Below are positions 17,898 to 25,773 of a stretch of 32,000 bases of DNA, piece by piece. Made by a program: the position numbers and the translations under genes. The DNA comes from an uncultured Clostridia bacterium (GTDB taxonomy: Bacteria; Bacillota; Clostridia; Oscillospirales; Ruminococcaceae). The stretch's first letter is position 1. Each line of letters opens with the position of its first letter. The DNA lies in assembly GCA_944382845.1 (NCBI GenBank), contig CALWNN010000025.1, forward strand, positions 16,300 through 48,299. Reading direction: 5' to 3'. Under the pieces are notes generated by a model. The model saw only the letters and a list, made by a program, of their open reading frames with translations. It did not search any database and was not told the origin of the DNA.

Positions 17898-19121
17898 ATG
17901 GAAATTATTAAAGGTGGTATTACTTCTGCAAAAGGATTTAATGCTTCTTCAACAGGGGCTGGTATAAAATATGGAAACAGGGATGATATGGCTATGGTCT
18001 ATAGTGATGTTCCTTGTGTTGCATATGGTGTATTTACTTCAAATGTTGTGAAGGCGGCACCGGTAATATGGGATAGAGATATTGTTGAAAAATCGCCTTA
18101 TGTTCAGGCAATTGTTGTAAACTCTGGTATTGCAAATGCTTGTACCGGTGAGATTGGACTTGCTGTCTGCAGGGAGACTGCTGAAAAAACTGCAAGTATG
18201 CTTGATATTCCATCTAATGCTGTTCTTGTATGTTCAACAGGTATAATTGGAAAACAGCTTCCTATAGATAAAATAAAAAAAGGAATAGAGAATCTCTCTA
18301 AAGATCTTGATTCTACATATGAAAAAGGACATAAAGCAGCGTGTGCCATTATGACGACAGACACGGTATCGAAAGAATATGCTGTTCAGTTTAATATAGG
18401 CTGTAAAACAGTTACAATAGGTGCAATGTGCAAAGGCTCCGGAATGATACATCCTAATATGTGTACTATGTTGGCGTTTATTACAACAGATATTTGTATT
18501 TCAAAAGATTTATTAAAAAAAGCAATTAAGAACGATGTTCTTGACAGCTTTAATATGATATCGATCGACGGTGATACTTCAACTAATGATTCGTTATTGG
18601 TTTTGGCAAATGGTATGGCTGAAAATGAAATGATAACCGAAGAAAATGATGATTATAGTGCATTTTGTGCAGCCTTACAGGAGGTTACTAAGCATCTTTC
18701 AAAGATGATCGCTTCTGACGGTGAGGGTTCAACAACTCTGATGGAAGTTACAATAAAAAATGCTGATACCAAGGAACACGCCAGAATTATGGCAAGATCG
18801 GTCGTTTCATCATCACTGGTGAAATCGGCTATTTATGGCAATGATGCAAACTGGGGACGTATTCCTTGTGCCCTTGGGTATTCGGGAATAGAATTTAATC
18901 AGGAGATTTACGATATATATTACATAAGTTCAAATGGTAATATACAAGTTGTAAAAAATGGATTGGATTCGGGTTATGACGAGAGTATTGCAACAAAAAT
19001 ACTCTCGTCAGACGAAGTAATTATATTAGTTGATTTAAAAATGGGGCATGAAACAGCAACGGCTTGGGGATGCGACCTAACTTATGATTACGTAAAAATT
19101 AATGCTGACTACAGAAGTTGA
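17898..19121 (+). CDS. argJ: Bifunctional glutamate N-acetyltransferase / amino-acid acetyltransferase
   Basis: 407 aa starting at MEIIKGGITSAKGFNASSTGAGIKYGNRDDMAMVYSD, with AGGAGG 7 nt upstream. It has the autoprocessing site PNMCTMLAFITTD and the family C-terminus DLTYDYVKINADYRS. The ORF-track start at 17517 runs through IS debris. Confidence 0.9.
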   Translation: MEIIKGGITSAKGFNASSTGAGIKYGNRDDMAMVYSDVPCVAYGVFTSNVVKAAPVIWDRDIVEKSPYVQAIVVNSGIANACTGEIGLAVCRETAEKTASMLDIPSNAVLVCSTGIIGKQLPIDKIKKGIENLSKDLDSTYEKGHKAACAIMTTDTVSKEYAVQFNIGCKTVTIGAMCKGSGMIHPNMCTMLAFITTDICISKDLLKKAIKNDVLDSFNMISIDGDTSTNDSLLVLANGMAENEMITEENDDYSAFCAALQEVTKHLSKMIASDGEGSTTLMEVTIKNADTKEHARIMARSVVSSSLVKSAIYGNDANWGRIPCALGYSGIEFNQEIYDIYYISSNGNIQVVKNGLDSGYDESIATKILSSDEVIILVDLKMGHETATAWGCDLTYDYVKINADYRS

Positions 19122-20012
19122 TTTCATAACCTTGATGAAGTTAGAAATGCTGTAAAGGAAAACACAAGGGCGATCTATATTGAAACCCTTGGAAACCCCA
19201 ACAGTGATGTTCCTGACATTGAGGAGGTAGCAAAGCTTGCTCATGAGCTTGGGCTTCCCCTTGTTGTTGACAACACATTCGCAACGCCTTATCTTGTAAG
19301 ACCTATTGAATACGGAGCTGATATAGTCGTTCATTCAGCGACAAAATTTATTGGCGGACACGGAACGACTTTAGGCGGAGTTATAGTTGACGGAGGAAAA
19401 TTTGACTGGGGTCTTTCTGGAAAATATCCTGCGCTTTCCGAGCCTAATCCTTCCTATCACGGAGTTGTGTTTACAGACGCTGCAAAGGACGCTCCTTTCG
19501 CAACATATATCCGTGCGGTCATTTTAAGAGATATGGGAGCCTGTATTTCCCCGTTTTCCGCATTTATGCTTTTGCAGGGAACCGAGACCTTGTCTTTAAG
19601 AGTTGAAAGACAGGCTGAAAACACAAAGAAGATAGTTGAGTTTTTAAATTCTCATCCTCAGGTGGAAAAGGTAAATCATCCGAGCCTTAATGAACATCCC
19701 GACAACAAAATTTACAAAAAATATTTTTCAAAGTGAGGCGGCTCTATTTTTACATTTGAGATAAAGGGCGGAGTAAAAGAAGCTTATGCTTTTATTGATT
19801 CCTTGAAAATATTTTCACTTGTTGCCAATGTTGCGGACGTAAAAAGCCTTGTGATTCATCCGGCGACTACAACTCACAGCCAGCTTACAGGAAGTGAGCT
19901 TGAAGAGCAGGGAATAAAACCGAACACGATCCGCCTTTCTATCGGAACAGAGCATATTGACGACCTTTTGACTGACCTTGAAAACGGCTTCAAAGCTGCG
20001 GCTGAGGTCTGA
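19122..20012 (+). pseudogene. metY: O-acetylhomoserine sulfhydrylase, 5'-truncated and interrupted by an in-frame TGA
   Basis: The frame is open from the codon after the argJ stop. FHNLDEVRNAVKENTRAIYIETLGNPN...HSATKFIGGHGT (PLP lysine)...KKYFSK*GGSIFTFEIKGG...SIGTEHIDDLLTDLENGF. The first roughly 140 residues are absent. The TGA is at 19734-19736, and both halves are in the same frame. Confidence 0.8.
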
Positions 20013-20038
20013 GTTGAGTAAGTACAAGGAGTGATATT

Positions 20039-20971
20039 ATGGCAAGAATATACAGATCGGCGGAAGAACTTATCGGAAAAACCCCGCTTGTAGAGCTTTG
20101 CAGAATTGAGGAAAAGCTTGGACTTAAAGCAAAGCTTATTGCAAAGCTTGAGTATTTAAATCCTGCCGGATCGGTAAAGGACAGAGTTGCTAAGGCAATG
20201 ATAGATGAAGCTGAGAAAAGCGGAAAGCTAAGAAAAGACAGCGTCATTATCGAGCCTACAAGCGGAAACACCGGCATCGGACTTGCAAGCGTTGCTGCTG
20301 CAAGAGGCTACAAGGTAATTATAGTTATGCCTGAGACCATGTCGGTTGAAAGGCGGCAGCTTATGAGGGCGTACGGGGCAGAACTTGTATTAAGCGACGG
20401 GAAAAAGGGTATGAGCGGTGCAATTGAAAAAGCCGAGGAACTTGTAAAAGAAATTCCCGGAGCAATTATTGCAGGGCAGTTTGTTAATCCTGCAAATCCC
20501 AAGGTTCACTTTGAAACAACAGGTCCTGAGATTTTCGATGACACAGACGGTAAGGTGGATATATTTGTTTCCGGAGTTGGAACAGGCGGAACTGTTACCG
20601 GGGTGGGAAAATATTTGAAATCAAAAAAGAGCGATGTGAGAATCGTTGCCGTTGAACCGGCTTCAAGCCCTGTTTTGTCTGAAGGAAGACCCGGAAGTCA
20701 CAAGATACAGGGAATAGGAGCGGGATTTGTTCCCGAAATTTTAGACACGGAAATTTATGATGAGGTTATTGCAGTATCGGATGAGGACGCATTTGAATTT
20801 GGCAGGCTGATGGGAAAAGCCGAGGGAATACTTGTGGGAATTTCTTCGGGAGCTGCTGTTTGTGCGGCTGCTGAAATTGCAAAAAGACCTGAAAATCAGG
20901 GCAAGACGATAGTTGTGCTCTTACCCGATACCGGAGACAGATATCTTTCAACTGAGATGTTCAGTCAGTGA
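20039..20971 (+). CDS. cysK: Cysteine synthase A (O-acetylserine sulfhydrylase)
   Basis: 310 aa. LNPAGSVKDR (PLP lysine), TSGNTGIGLA, GVGTGGT and SSGA motifs. AAGGAG RBS. Confidence 0.95.
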   Translation: MARIYRSAEELIGKTPLVELCRIEEKLGLKAKLIAKLEYLNPAGSVKDRVAKAMIDEAEKSGKLRKDSVIIEPTSGNTGIGLASVAAARGYKVIIVMPETMSVERRQLMRAYGAELVLSDGKKGMSGAIEKAEELVKEIPGAIIAGQFVNPANPKVHFETTGPEIFDDTDGKVDIFVSGVGTGGTVTGVGKYLKSKKSDVRIVAVEPASSPVLSEGRPGSHKIQGIGAGFVPEILDTEIYDEVIAVSDEDAFEFGRLMGKAEGILVGISSGAAVCAAAEIAKRPENQGKTIVVLLPDTGDRYLSTEMFSQ

Positions 20972-20976
20972 GAATT

Positions 20977-21021
20977 CCGTCGGCAACGCAGCCCCAAAGC
21001 GCTGTGCTGCCGGCGGTTTTT
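20977..21021 (+). terminator. Terminator between the convergent cysK and GH32 genes
   Basis: CCGTCGGCAACGCAGC...GCTGTGCTGCCGGCGG is a long GC-rich stem with wobble pairs, followed by T5. Confidence 0.6.
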
Positions 21022-21024
21022 GTA

Positions 21025-22368
21025 TTATTCATCACGCAAAGTGATATTCATTGCTCTCATGGGGTAAATTTGTGCGGATAAGCCGCGGACTAAAACCGAA
21101 ACCTCCTTGCTGTCGGGGTAAAATCTTGTGCTTAAAACTTTTCTGCCCTTGTCAAGATAAATTTCAAGTGATGACGTGTCAGCAATGATTCTTATGTCGT
21201 TGCAATTATCCATTTCGGCATACCTGATATCTCGTCCGAAACCGACCATGCCAAGAAATTTAAGCTCAAAAAGTCCGTTTTCGTAATGCAAAACAATATC
21301 CTTGTCAATGATGATTTCATATTTGCCTGAAACCTCAGCCGTAAGATCAAATGGCAACTTGAATTTTTCGCAAGACCCGTCAGCAATGATAATTTCATCT
21401 TCTCTTAGGGAATTTATTTCAGTGCAGGGAAGCTGAGAAAGAGTACCATGCTCATTTACCCTTACCTCTCTGGGAAGTGTAAGACAGTGTTGCCATCCAA
21501 GTGCAACTGTGGGATTGCTGTAGGGTATGTCGCCTATACCCATCCAGCCAATAATTATCCTTCTGCCGTCAGGCGTTTCAAAAGTCTGAGGGGCGTACCA
21601 GTCAAATCCGCAGTCCCACTCGGTATAACGTCCTAAGCTGTCCTCTGAAAATTTAAAATATCCCGAACTGTAAACGTTCTGGAATATGACTTTATGGTGA
21701 GGGACTCCCTGGGGAGAAAGACTCAGAAATTTTCTTCCTGAAATTTCAAAAAGGTCGGGACATTCCCACATGAATCCGAAATTTTCGGTTGTTATTTTTT
21801 CTTCAAAGACCCAGTTCTCAAGATCGTCGGAACTGTATATCATAACGCATCCCTTGTCCTCAAGCGTTCTCGCACCCAGCACCATTTTGTATTTTCCTTG
21901 TTCAGAATAAATTTTCGGATCGCGCACATGACAGGAGCAATAAGAGGGATAATCTTTGTTTTCGAGCACAAGTTTTTTGCCGCTCATTACTTTTCCGTCT
22001 TTGGTTGTAACGTGAAGAACGTTTGCGCCTCTTCCGGAAGTCACATAGTCGTGGTCGCCATCTTCCATAACGTTTCCTGTGTAAAAAAGGTGCATGGTAT
22101 CGTCTGTGCAGATTGCACTTCCTGAGAAAACCCCGTCCTTGTCATAAGGAGTATCAGGGTAAAGGACAGTGCCGGTAAATTCCCAGTTTAACAAATCAGG
22201 GCTTTCATAATGCCCCCAGCACTTGCGTCCCTCTCCCAAAGGACTGTCAGGAGAGTACTGAAAGAAAACATGGTATTTTCCTTTGAAATAACATAAACCG
22301 TTGGGGTCGTTGAGCCAACCTTTTTGAGGCTCTAAATGCAGCTTTTGCCGCCATTTATCATTATTCAT
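21025..22368 (-). CDS. Glycoside hydrolase family 32 (sucrose-6-phosphate hydrolase / beta-fructofuranosidase)
   Basis: 447 aa from MNNDKWRQKLHLEPQKGWLNDPNGLCYFKGKYHVFFQYSP (WMNDPNG-type nucleophile block), with RDPK and WECPDLF motifs. AGGAGA RBS. The 26-codon extension in the ORF track lies in repeat copy A. Confidence 0.9.
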   Translation of the reverse strand: MNNDKWRQKLHLEPQKGWLNDPNGLCYFKGKYHVFFQYSPDSPLGEGRKCWGHYESPDLLNWEFTGTVLYPDTPYDKDGVFSGSAICTDDTMHLFYTGNVMEDGDHDYVTSGRGANVLHVTTKDGKVMSGKKLVLENKDYPSYCSCHVRDPKIYSEQGKYKMVLGARTLEDKGCVMIYSSDDLENWVFEEKITTENFGFMWECPDLFEISGRKFLSLSPQGVPHHKVIFQNVYSSGYFKFSEDSLGRYTEWDCGFDWYAPQTFETPDGRRIIIGWMGIGDIPYSNPTVALGWQHCLTLPREVRVNEHGTLSQLPCTEINSLREDEIIIADGSCEKFKLPFDLTAEVSGKYEIIIDKDIVLHYENGLFELKFLGMVGFGRDIRYAEMDNCNDIRIIADTSSLEIYLDKGRKVLSTRFYPDSKEVSVLVRGLSAQIYPMRAMNITLRDE

Positions 22369-22380
22369 ATTAATTCTCCT

Positions 22381-22721
22381 TTTGAAGATTTCAAATTTAA
22401 ATCGGAGCAAAGCGTTGATAATTACATCTCCATCGGAGCTATACATCTCTTTCAGAGCTAAACATCTCCTTCGGAGCTAAACATCTCCTTCGGAGCTGTG
22501 CTTAATCACGTTGCGACGATTGCAATCATCGCCGAGGAGCTTTGCTCCTCAGTTTTTCAGTGGGGGATTAAAACCCCCACTGAAAAACTGAATGGAACCT
22601 CGCCTCCCATAGGAGGCGGATCATCCTATAGGAGGCAGATCATCCCATAGGAGGCGGACCCGCCTAATATGAGGCAGACCTGCCGAACATTCGGCAGGGG
22701 GACATCGGCGACTTAGTTATA
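22381..22721. repeat. Modular hairpin-array intergenic repeat, copy A (341 bp)
   Basis: It aligns end to end with 25511-25773. It holds 4 tandem 19-nt modules ACATCTCCTTCGGAGCTNN (22424-22499). A conserved core follows with palindromes GCGACGATTGCAATCATCGC, GAGGAGC-TTT-GCTCCTC and TTTCAGTGGGGG-ATTAAAA-CCCCCACTGAAA. Then come 5 tandem modules of about 20 nt of the CCTCCCATAGGAGGCGGATCAT type, ending GACATCGGCGACTTAGTTATA. Confidence 0.9.
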
Positions 22722-22753
22722 TGCGATTCAAATAACAATTTAATGCTTCTATC

Positions 22754-22786
22754 AAAAAACGAGCGGCTCACAGCGAACCGCCCGTT
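22754..22786 (-). terminator. Rho-independent terminator of the GH94 gene
   Basis: The minus-strand RNA reads AACGGGCGG-UUCGCUGUGA-GCCGCUCGUU followed by U6. It begins 16 nt after the stop at 22802. Confidence 0.6.
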
Positions 22787-22801
22787 TATTATGATTATAA
22801 A

Positions 22802-25210
22802 TTAACCAAGAACAACTTCTATCTTAGTGTTTTCAGTCATCTTGCACTGGCAGACAAAGTTTCCTTCAACAGCCTCGCCGTTTACAGTCATTGACTTTAC
22901 TCCGCTCTGAACGTGGTCGGGGTTCTTGATGTCAATTGAAAGGTGACAGCCTCTGAAGTTCTTTTCGATCTTGAATCCATCCCATGCGGAAGGAATAGAA
23001 GGATTGATAACAAGTCCCTCTGCGTTTGGTCTCATACCACATATACCTTCAACACAGCCTACCATTACGGTTGAACCTGTACCTGTAAGCCAGTGAACGT
23101 GTGAACGTCCTGCGAACGGTGAACGTGTGGATTCGGTAAACTGTCCGTGAACATACGGCTCAAGAACTCTTATCTCTGCCTTGTCATTCATGCTTGCAGG
23201 AGCGGATTCAAGGAAATACTCGAATGCTCTGTCGCCATGTCCGAGAAGGGATTCGGCAAGAATTGCCCAGCCCTGTGTCTGAGAGAAGATACCGCCGTTT
23301 TCCTTTGTATCAGGATTGAAGATGTGCATAAGTGCGCCGTCAAAGTAGTGATCAACATAAGGCGGTTCAAGAAGCTTGATTCCGTATGGAGTGTTAAGAA
23401 TCTCGTGAACCTTTTCCATTGATATTTCAGCCTGTTCCTTGGTTGCAAAGCCTGAGATAACAGCCCATGACTGAGGATTGAGCCACATATTGGCTTCAGG
23501 GTCGTTCTTGGCGCCGACTACAACGCCGTCTTCTCTGATTCCTCTGATAAATCTGTCCTCGTCCCAGCACTTTTCAAGGCTCTTAGCAAGCTCACCCTGA
23601 ACCTTTTCAATGTAAGCAACATATTCAGTATCGTTTCTGTCCTGAGCATAGCCCTTGATAACAGTCATAGCGTAGTAAAGCTGGAATGCAACGAAAGTGG
23701 ATTCGCCCTTTTTGCCCATTCTCAGGCAGTCATTCCAGTCGGCATGAAGTCCTGCCGGCATTGCATGATCGCCAAGTCTTTCCATTGAGAAACGAATAGC
23801 TCTCTTGAGGTGGTCGTAAACGGTATCCTCACCGCCGTTAGCGTAAACGATAACTTCATCAAGGAATGCCTTGTTTCCGCTTTCTCCGATGTATTTCACA
23901 ATTGTCGGGAACAGCCAGAGAGCATCGTCGGCTCTGTAGGAAGGATGACCTGTCTGCTGAGCGTACTCGGAAGCCTCATTGTTTTCATCGGGGCAATTTT
24001 CGTGGCCTGCGTTGTGGTCAAATTTAACAAGGGGAAGTCCGCCGCCGTTATCAACCTGTGCGGAAATCATGAATCTGATCTTTTCAGCAGCAAGCTCAGG
24101 ATTGATGTGAATGATACCCTGAATATCCTGAACAGTATCTCTGTAGCCGTAGCCGTTTCTCAATCCGCAGTAGATAAACGAAGCAGCTCTCGACCAGATG
24201 AATGTGATAAAGCACTGGTAAGCGTTCCATACGTTTACCATGTTGTTGAATTCATCGGATGGGGTGAATACCTGGAAGTTGTTGAGCTGACCATGCCAGT
24301 AATCAACAAGTTCTTTTATTTCAGCGTCGCACTTTCCTTTTTCTTTGTAGCTGTCAAGGATCTCGGAAGCGACTGTAGGATTTTTCTGACCGAGAACGTA
24401 GATAACCTCAACAGTTTCGCCGGGAGCGACCATTACTTCAGACTGAAGAGCGCCGCAAGCGTTTCCGTTGTAGTTGCACTTGTTGTCGCAGAAGCCTCTT
24501 TCAACGGCAATAGGATTTCCGTATGTTCTGTAGGTACCGATAAAGCTGTCAAGATTTCCGTTGTAAGCGCAAACAGGCGCGCCTACCACGCCGAAGAATC
24601 TTTCTCTCCAGTTCGAGCCGTTTTCGTCCTTGCCGCTGTTTTCATTAATGTGCTGAACGATCATGTTTTTCTCAAAGGAAGTTCTTGTAATAAAGAGAGT
24701 GTACTGAAGGTTTACCTGATCCTGTTCGTAGTTGTTTTCATTTGTAAATTCAACAAAACCGAAAAGTGAAAGGTTTCTTACAACATCGCTTGTGTTTGTT
24801 ACCTTTGTTCTCCACACTTCATAAGTCTTGTTGAGAGGAACGTAATAGGTAACCTCTGAATGGATGTCGGCATAATCCGCAGTCATAGTTGTGTAAGCTG
24901 TACCGTGGCGGCAGACAGACTTATACTTGTCAAGGGGCTTGCCGACAGGCTGCCATGAAGCTGACCAATAATCAGCAGTGTCGTTATCTCTTATGTAGAT
25001 ATAACGACCGGGAACAGAAATGTTTGTGTTAAAACGATAACGAATATGTCTGCCGTTTGCTCCGCTCTTTACAAAGCTGTATCCTCCTGCATTATTTGAG
25101 ATAATAGCACCATACTCAGGTGAACCTAAGTAGTTTGCCCATGGTGCGGGGGTATCGGGTCTTGTGATAACGTATTCTTTGTTTTCAAGGTCAAAGTATC
25201 CGTACTTCAT
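22802..25210 (-). CDS. GH94 glycoside phosphorylase (cellobiose phosphorylase-like)
   Basis: 802 aa from MKYGYFDLENKEYVITRPDTPAPWANYLGSPEYGAIISNNAGGYSF, the canonical cellobiose/chitobiose phosphorylase N-terminus. It has the catalytic-Asp block GLHADWNDCL and the C-terminal WLTGTGS. GGAGAG RBS. The ORF-track start at 25300 is an over-extension. Confidence 0.9.
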   Translation of the reverse strand: MKYGYFDLENKEYVITRPDTPAPWANYLGSPEYGAIISNNAGGYSFVKSGANGRHIRYRFNTNISVPGRYIYIRDNDTADYWSASWQPVGKPLDKYKSVCRHGTAYTTMTADYADIHSEVTYYVPLNKTYEVWRTKVTNTSDVVRNLSLFGFVEFTNENNYEQDQVNLQYTLFITRTSFEKNMIVQHINENSGKDENGSNWRERFFGVVGAPVCAYNGNLDSFIGTYRTYGNPIAVERGFCDNKCNYNGNACGALQSEVMVAPGETVEVIYVLGQKNPTVASEILDSYKEKGKCDAEIKELVDYWHGQLNNFQVFTPSDEFNNMVNVWNAYQCFITFIWSRAASFIYCGLRNGYGYRDTVQDIQGIIHINPELAAEKIRFMISAQVDNGGGLPLVKFDHNAGHENCPDENNEASEYAQQTGHPSYRADDALWLFPTIVKYIGESGNKAFLDEVIVYANGGEDTVYDHLKRAIRFSMERLGDHAMPAGLHADWNDCLRMGKKGESTFVAFQLYYAMTVIKGYAQDRNDTEYVAYIEKVQGELAKSLEKCWDEDRFIRGIREDGVVVGAKNDPEANMWLNPQSWAVISGFATKEQAEISMEKVHEILNTPYGIKLLEPPYVDHYFDGALMHIFNPDTKENGGIFSQTQGWAILAESLLGHGDRAFEYFLESAPASMNDKAEIRVLEPYVHGQFTESTRSPFAGRSHVHWLTGTGSTVMVGCVEGICGMRPNAEGLVINPSIPSAWDGFKIEKNFRGCHLSIDIKNPDHVQSGVKSMTVNGEAVEGNFVCQCKMTENTKIEVVLG

Positions 25211-25394
25211 TTCACATCTCTCCTTTAATTTTAAATTAATTTCATTTTTTATTGTGAATGCTGAGACAGCCTTTTCACAGTTACAATTATGATAACACAT
25301 TTCACATTGCTTTACAAGGGTATTTTTTAATTTTTTATCATAATTTTTTAGCTTAAACGTTTAATATTCTAAAGGTTTATTGAACGTTCAGGCG

Positions 25395-25490
25395 GCGGCT
25401 TGCCCCTGCCGGGAAGCGGCATGGGTTTTCGTGCCATAAGGCACGAAAAAAAGCGGTCCGGCACAAAGCACCGGACCGCGGGCAAGCCGC
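25395..25490. other. GC-rich 96-nt nested-hairpin (four-way-junction) element
   Basis: The outer 11-bp stem GCGGCTTGCCC (25395-25405) / GGGCAAGCCGC (25480-25490) encloses three hairpins. These are TGCCG-GGAAG-CGGCA, TTTTCGTGCC-ATAA-GGCACGAAAA and GCGGTCCGG-CACAAAGCA-CCGGACCGC. The element sits in an AT-rich spacer. Confidence 0.6.
25446..25479 (-). terminator. Rho-independent terminator of the GH5 transcript
   Basis: The minus-strand RNA has a perfect 9-bp stem GCGGUCCGG/CCGGACCGC followed by U7. It is the third hairpin of the nested element. Confidence 0.7.
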
Positions 25491-25510
25491 ATAAGACACT
25501 GCGGTAATCG

Positions 25511-25773
25511 TTTATAGATGTAAAATTTAAATCGGAGCAAAGCGTTGATAATTACATCTCCTTCGGAGCTATACATCTCTTTCAGAGCTGTGCTTAATCA
25601 CGTTGCGACGATTGCAATCATCGCCGAGGAGCTTTGCTCCTCAGGGTTTCAGTGGGGGATTAAAACCCACACTGAAAAACTGATTGGAACCCTGCCTCCT
25701 ATTGGAGGCAGATCATCCCAGAGGAGGCAGACCTGCCGAATATTCGGCGGGGGACATCGGCGACTTAGTTATA
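25511..25773. repeat. Modular hairpin-array intergenic repeat, copy B (263 bp)
   Basis: It has the same ends and core as copy A but only 2 of the 19-nt modules and 3 of the roughly 20-nt modules. The 78-bp length difference equals 2x19 + 2x20. Its last bases (TTATA) supply the stop codon of the GH5 gene. Confidence 0.9.

Larger units (their letters stand above)
4741..19121. other. Mosaic accessory island between the tRNA-Ser pair and a truncated metY
   Basis: The segment starts right after a tRNA pair and ends at an abrupt junction with a 5'-truncated core gene. It contains at least 7 gene fragments, transposase-like scars and blocks of very different base composition. Spot G+C counts on single 60-nt lines are 16/60 at 7201, 20/60 at 9181 and 31/60 at 11341, against 27/60 in cysK at 20281. 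Confidence 0.5.

Noticed and set aside
19734-19736. The in-frame TGA in metY as selenocysteine or reassigned-code tryptophan/glycine.
   Set aside because: TGA clearly terminates cysK, argJ, the Lrp/AsnC gene and others in this window. The gene is independently crippled by the 5' truncation. I know of no Sec at that position of MetY. Nonsense mutation is the simplest reading.
22369-22446. The N-terminal extension of the GH32 ORF and the 62-aa ORF 25388-25576 share the peptide MYSS[D/E]GDVIINALLRFKF. This could suggest a conserved small protein.
   Set aside because: The shared peptide is just the translation of the left end of the two repeat copies. There is no RBS. GH32 has a proper RBS and start at 22368, and the rest of the two ORFs is unrelated.
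22424-22700. Tandem 19-20-nt units might be taken for a CRISPR array.
   Set aside because: The units are contiguous with no unique spacers, are far shorter than CRISPR repeats, and are each self-complementary. No cas genes are present in the window.
23810-24769. 319-aa ORF on the plus strand. Many other 60-170-aa ORFs are of the same kind (e.g. 1920-2390, 2962-3237, 3736-4110, 6387-6821, 6697-7209, 11305-11766, 14332-14577, 18104-18364, 19990-20277, 26000-26341, 28331-28624).
   Set aside because: All lie antisense to, or out of frame within, long ORFs with clear family motifs (GH94, VWA, ABC, argJ, cysK, GH5, recombinase). Their translations are low-complexity and lack an RBS. They are shadow ORFs.
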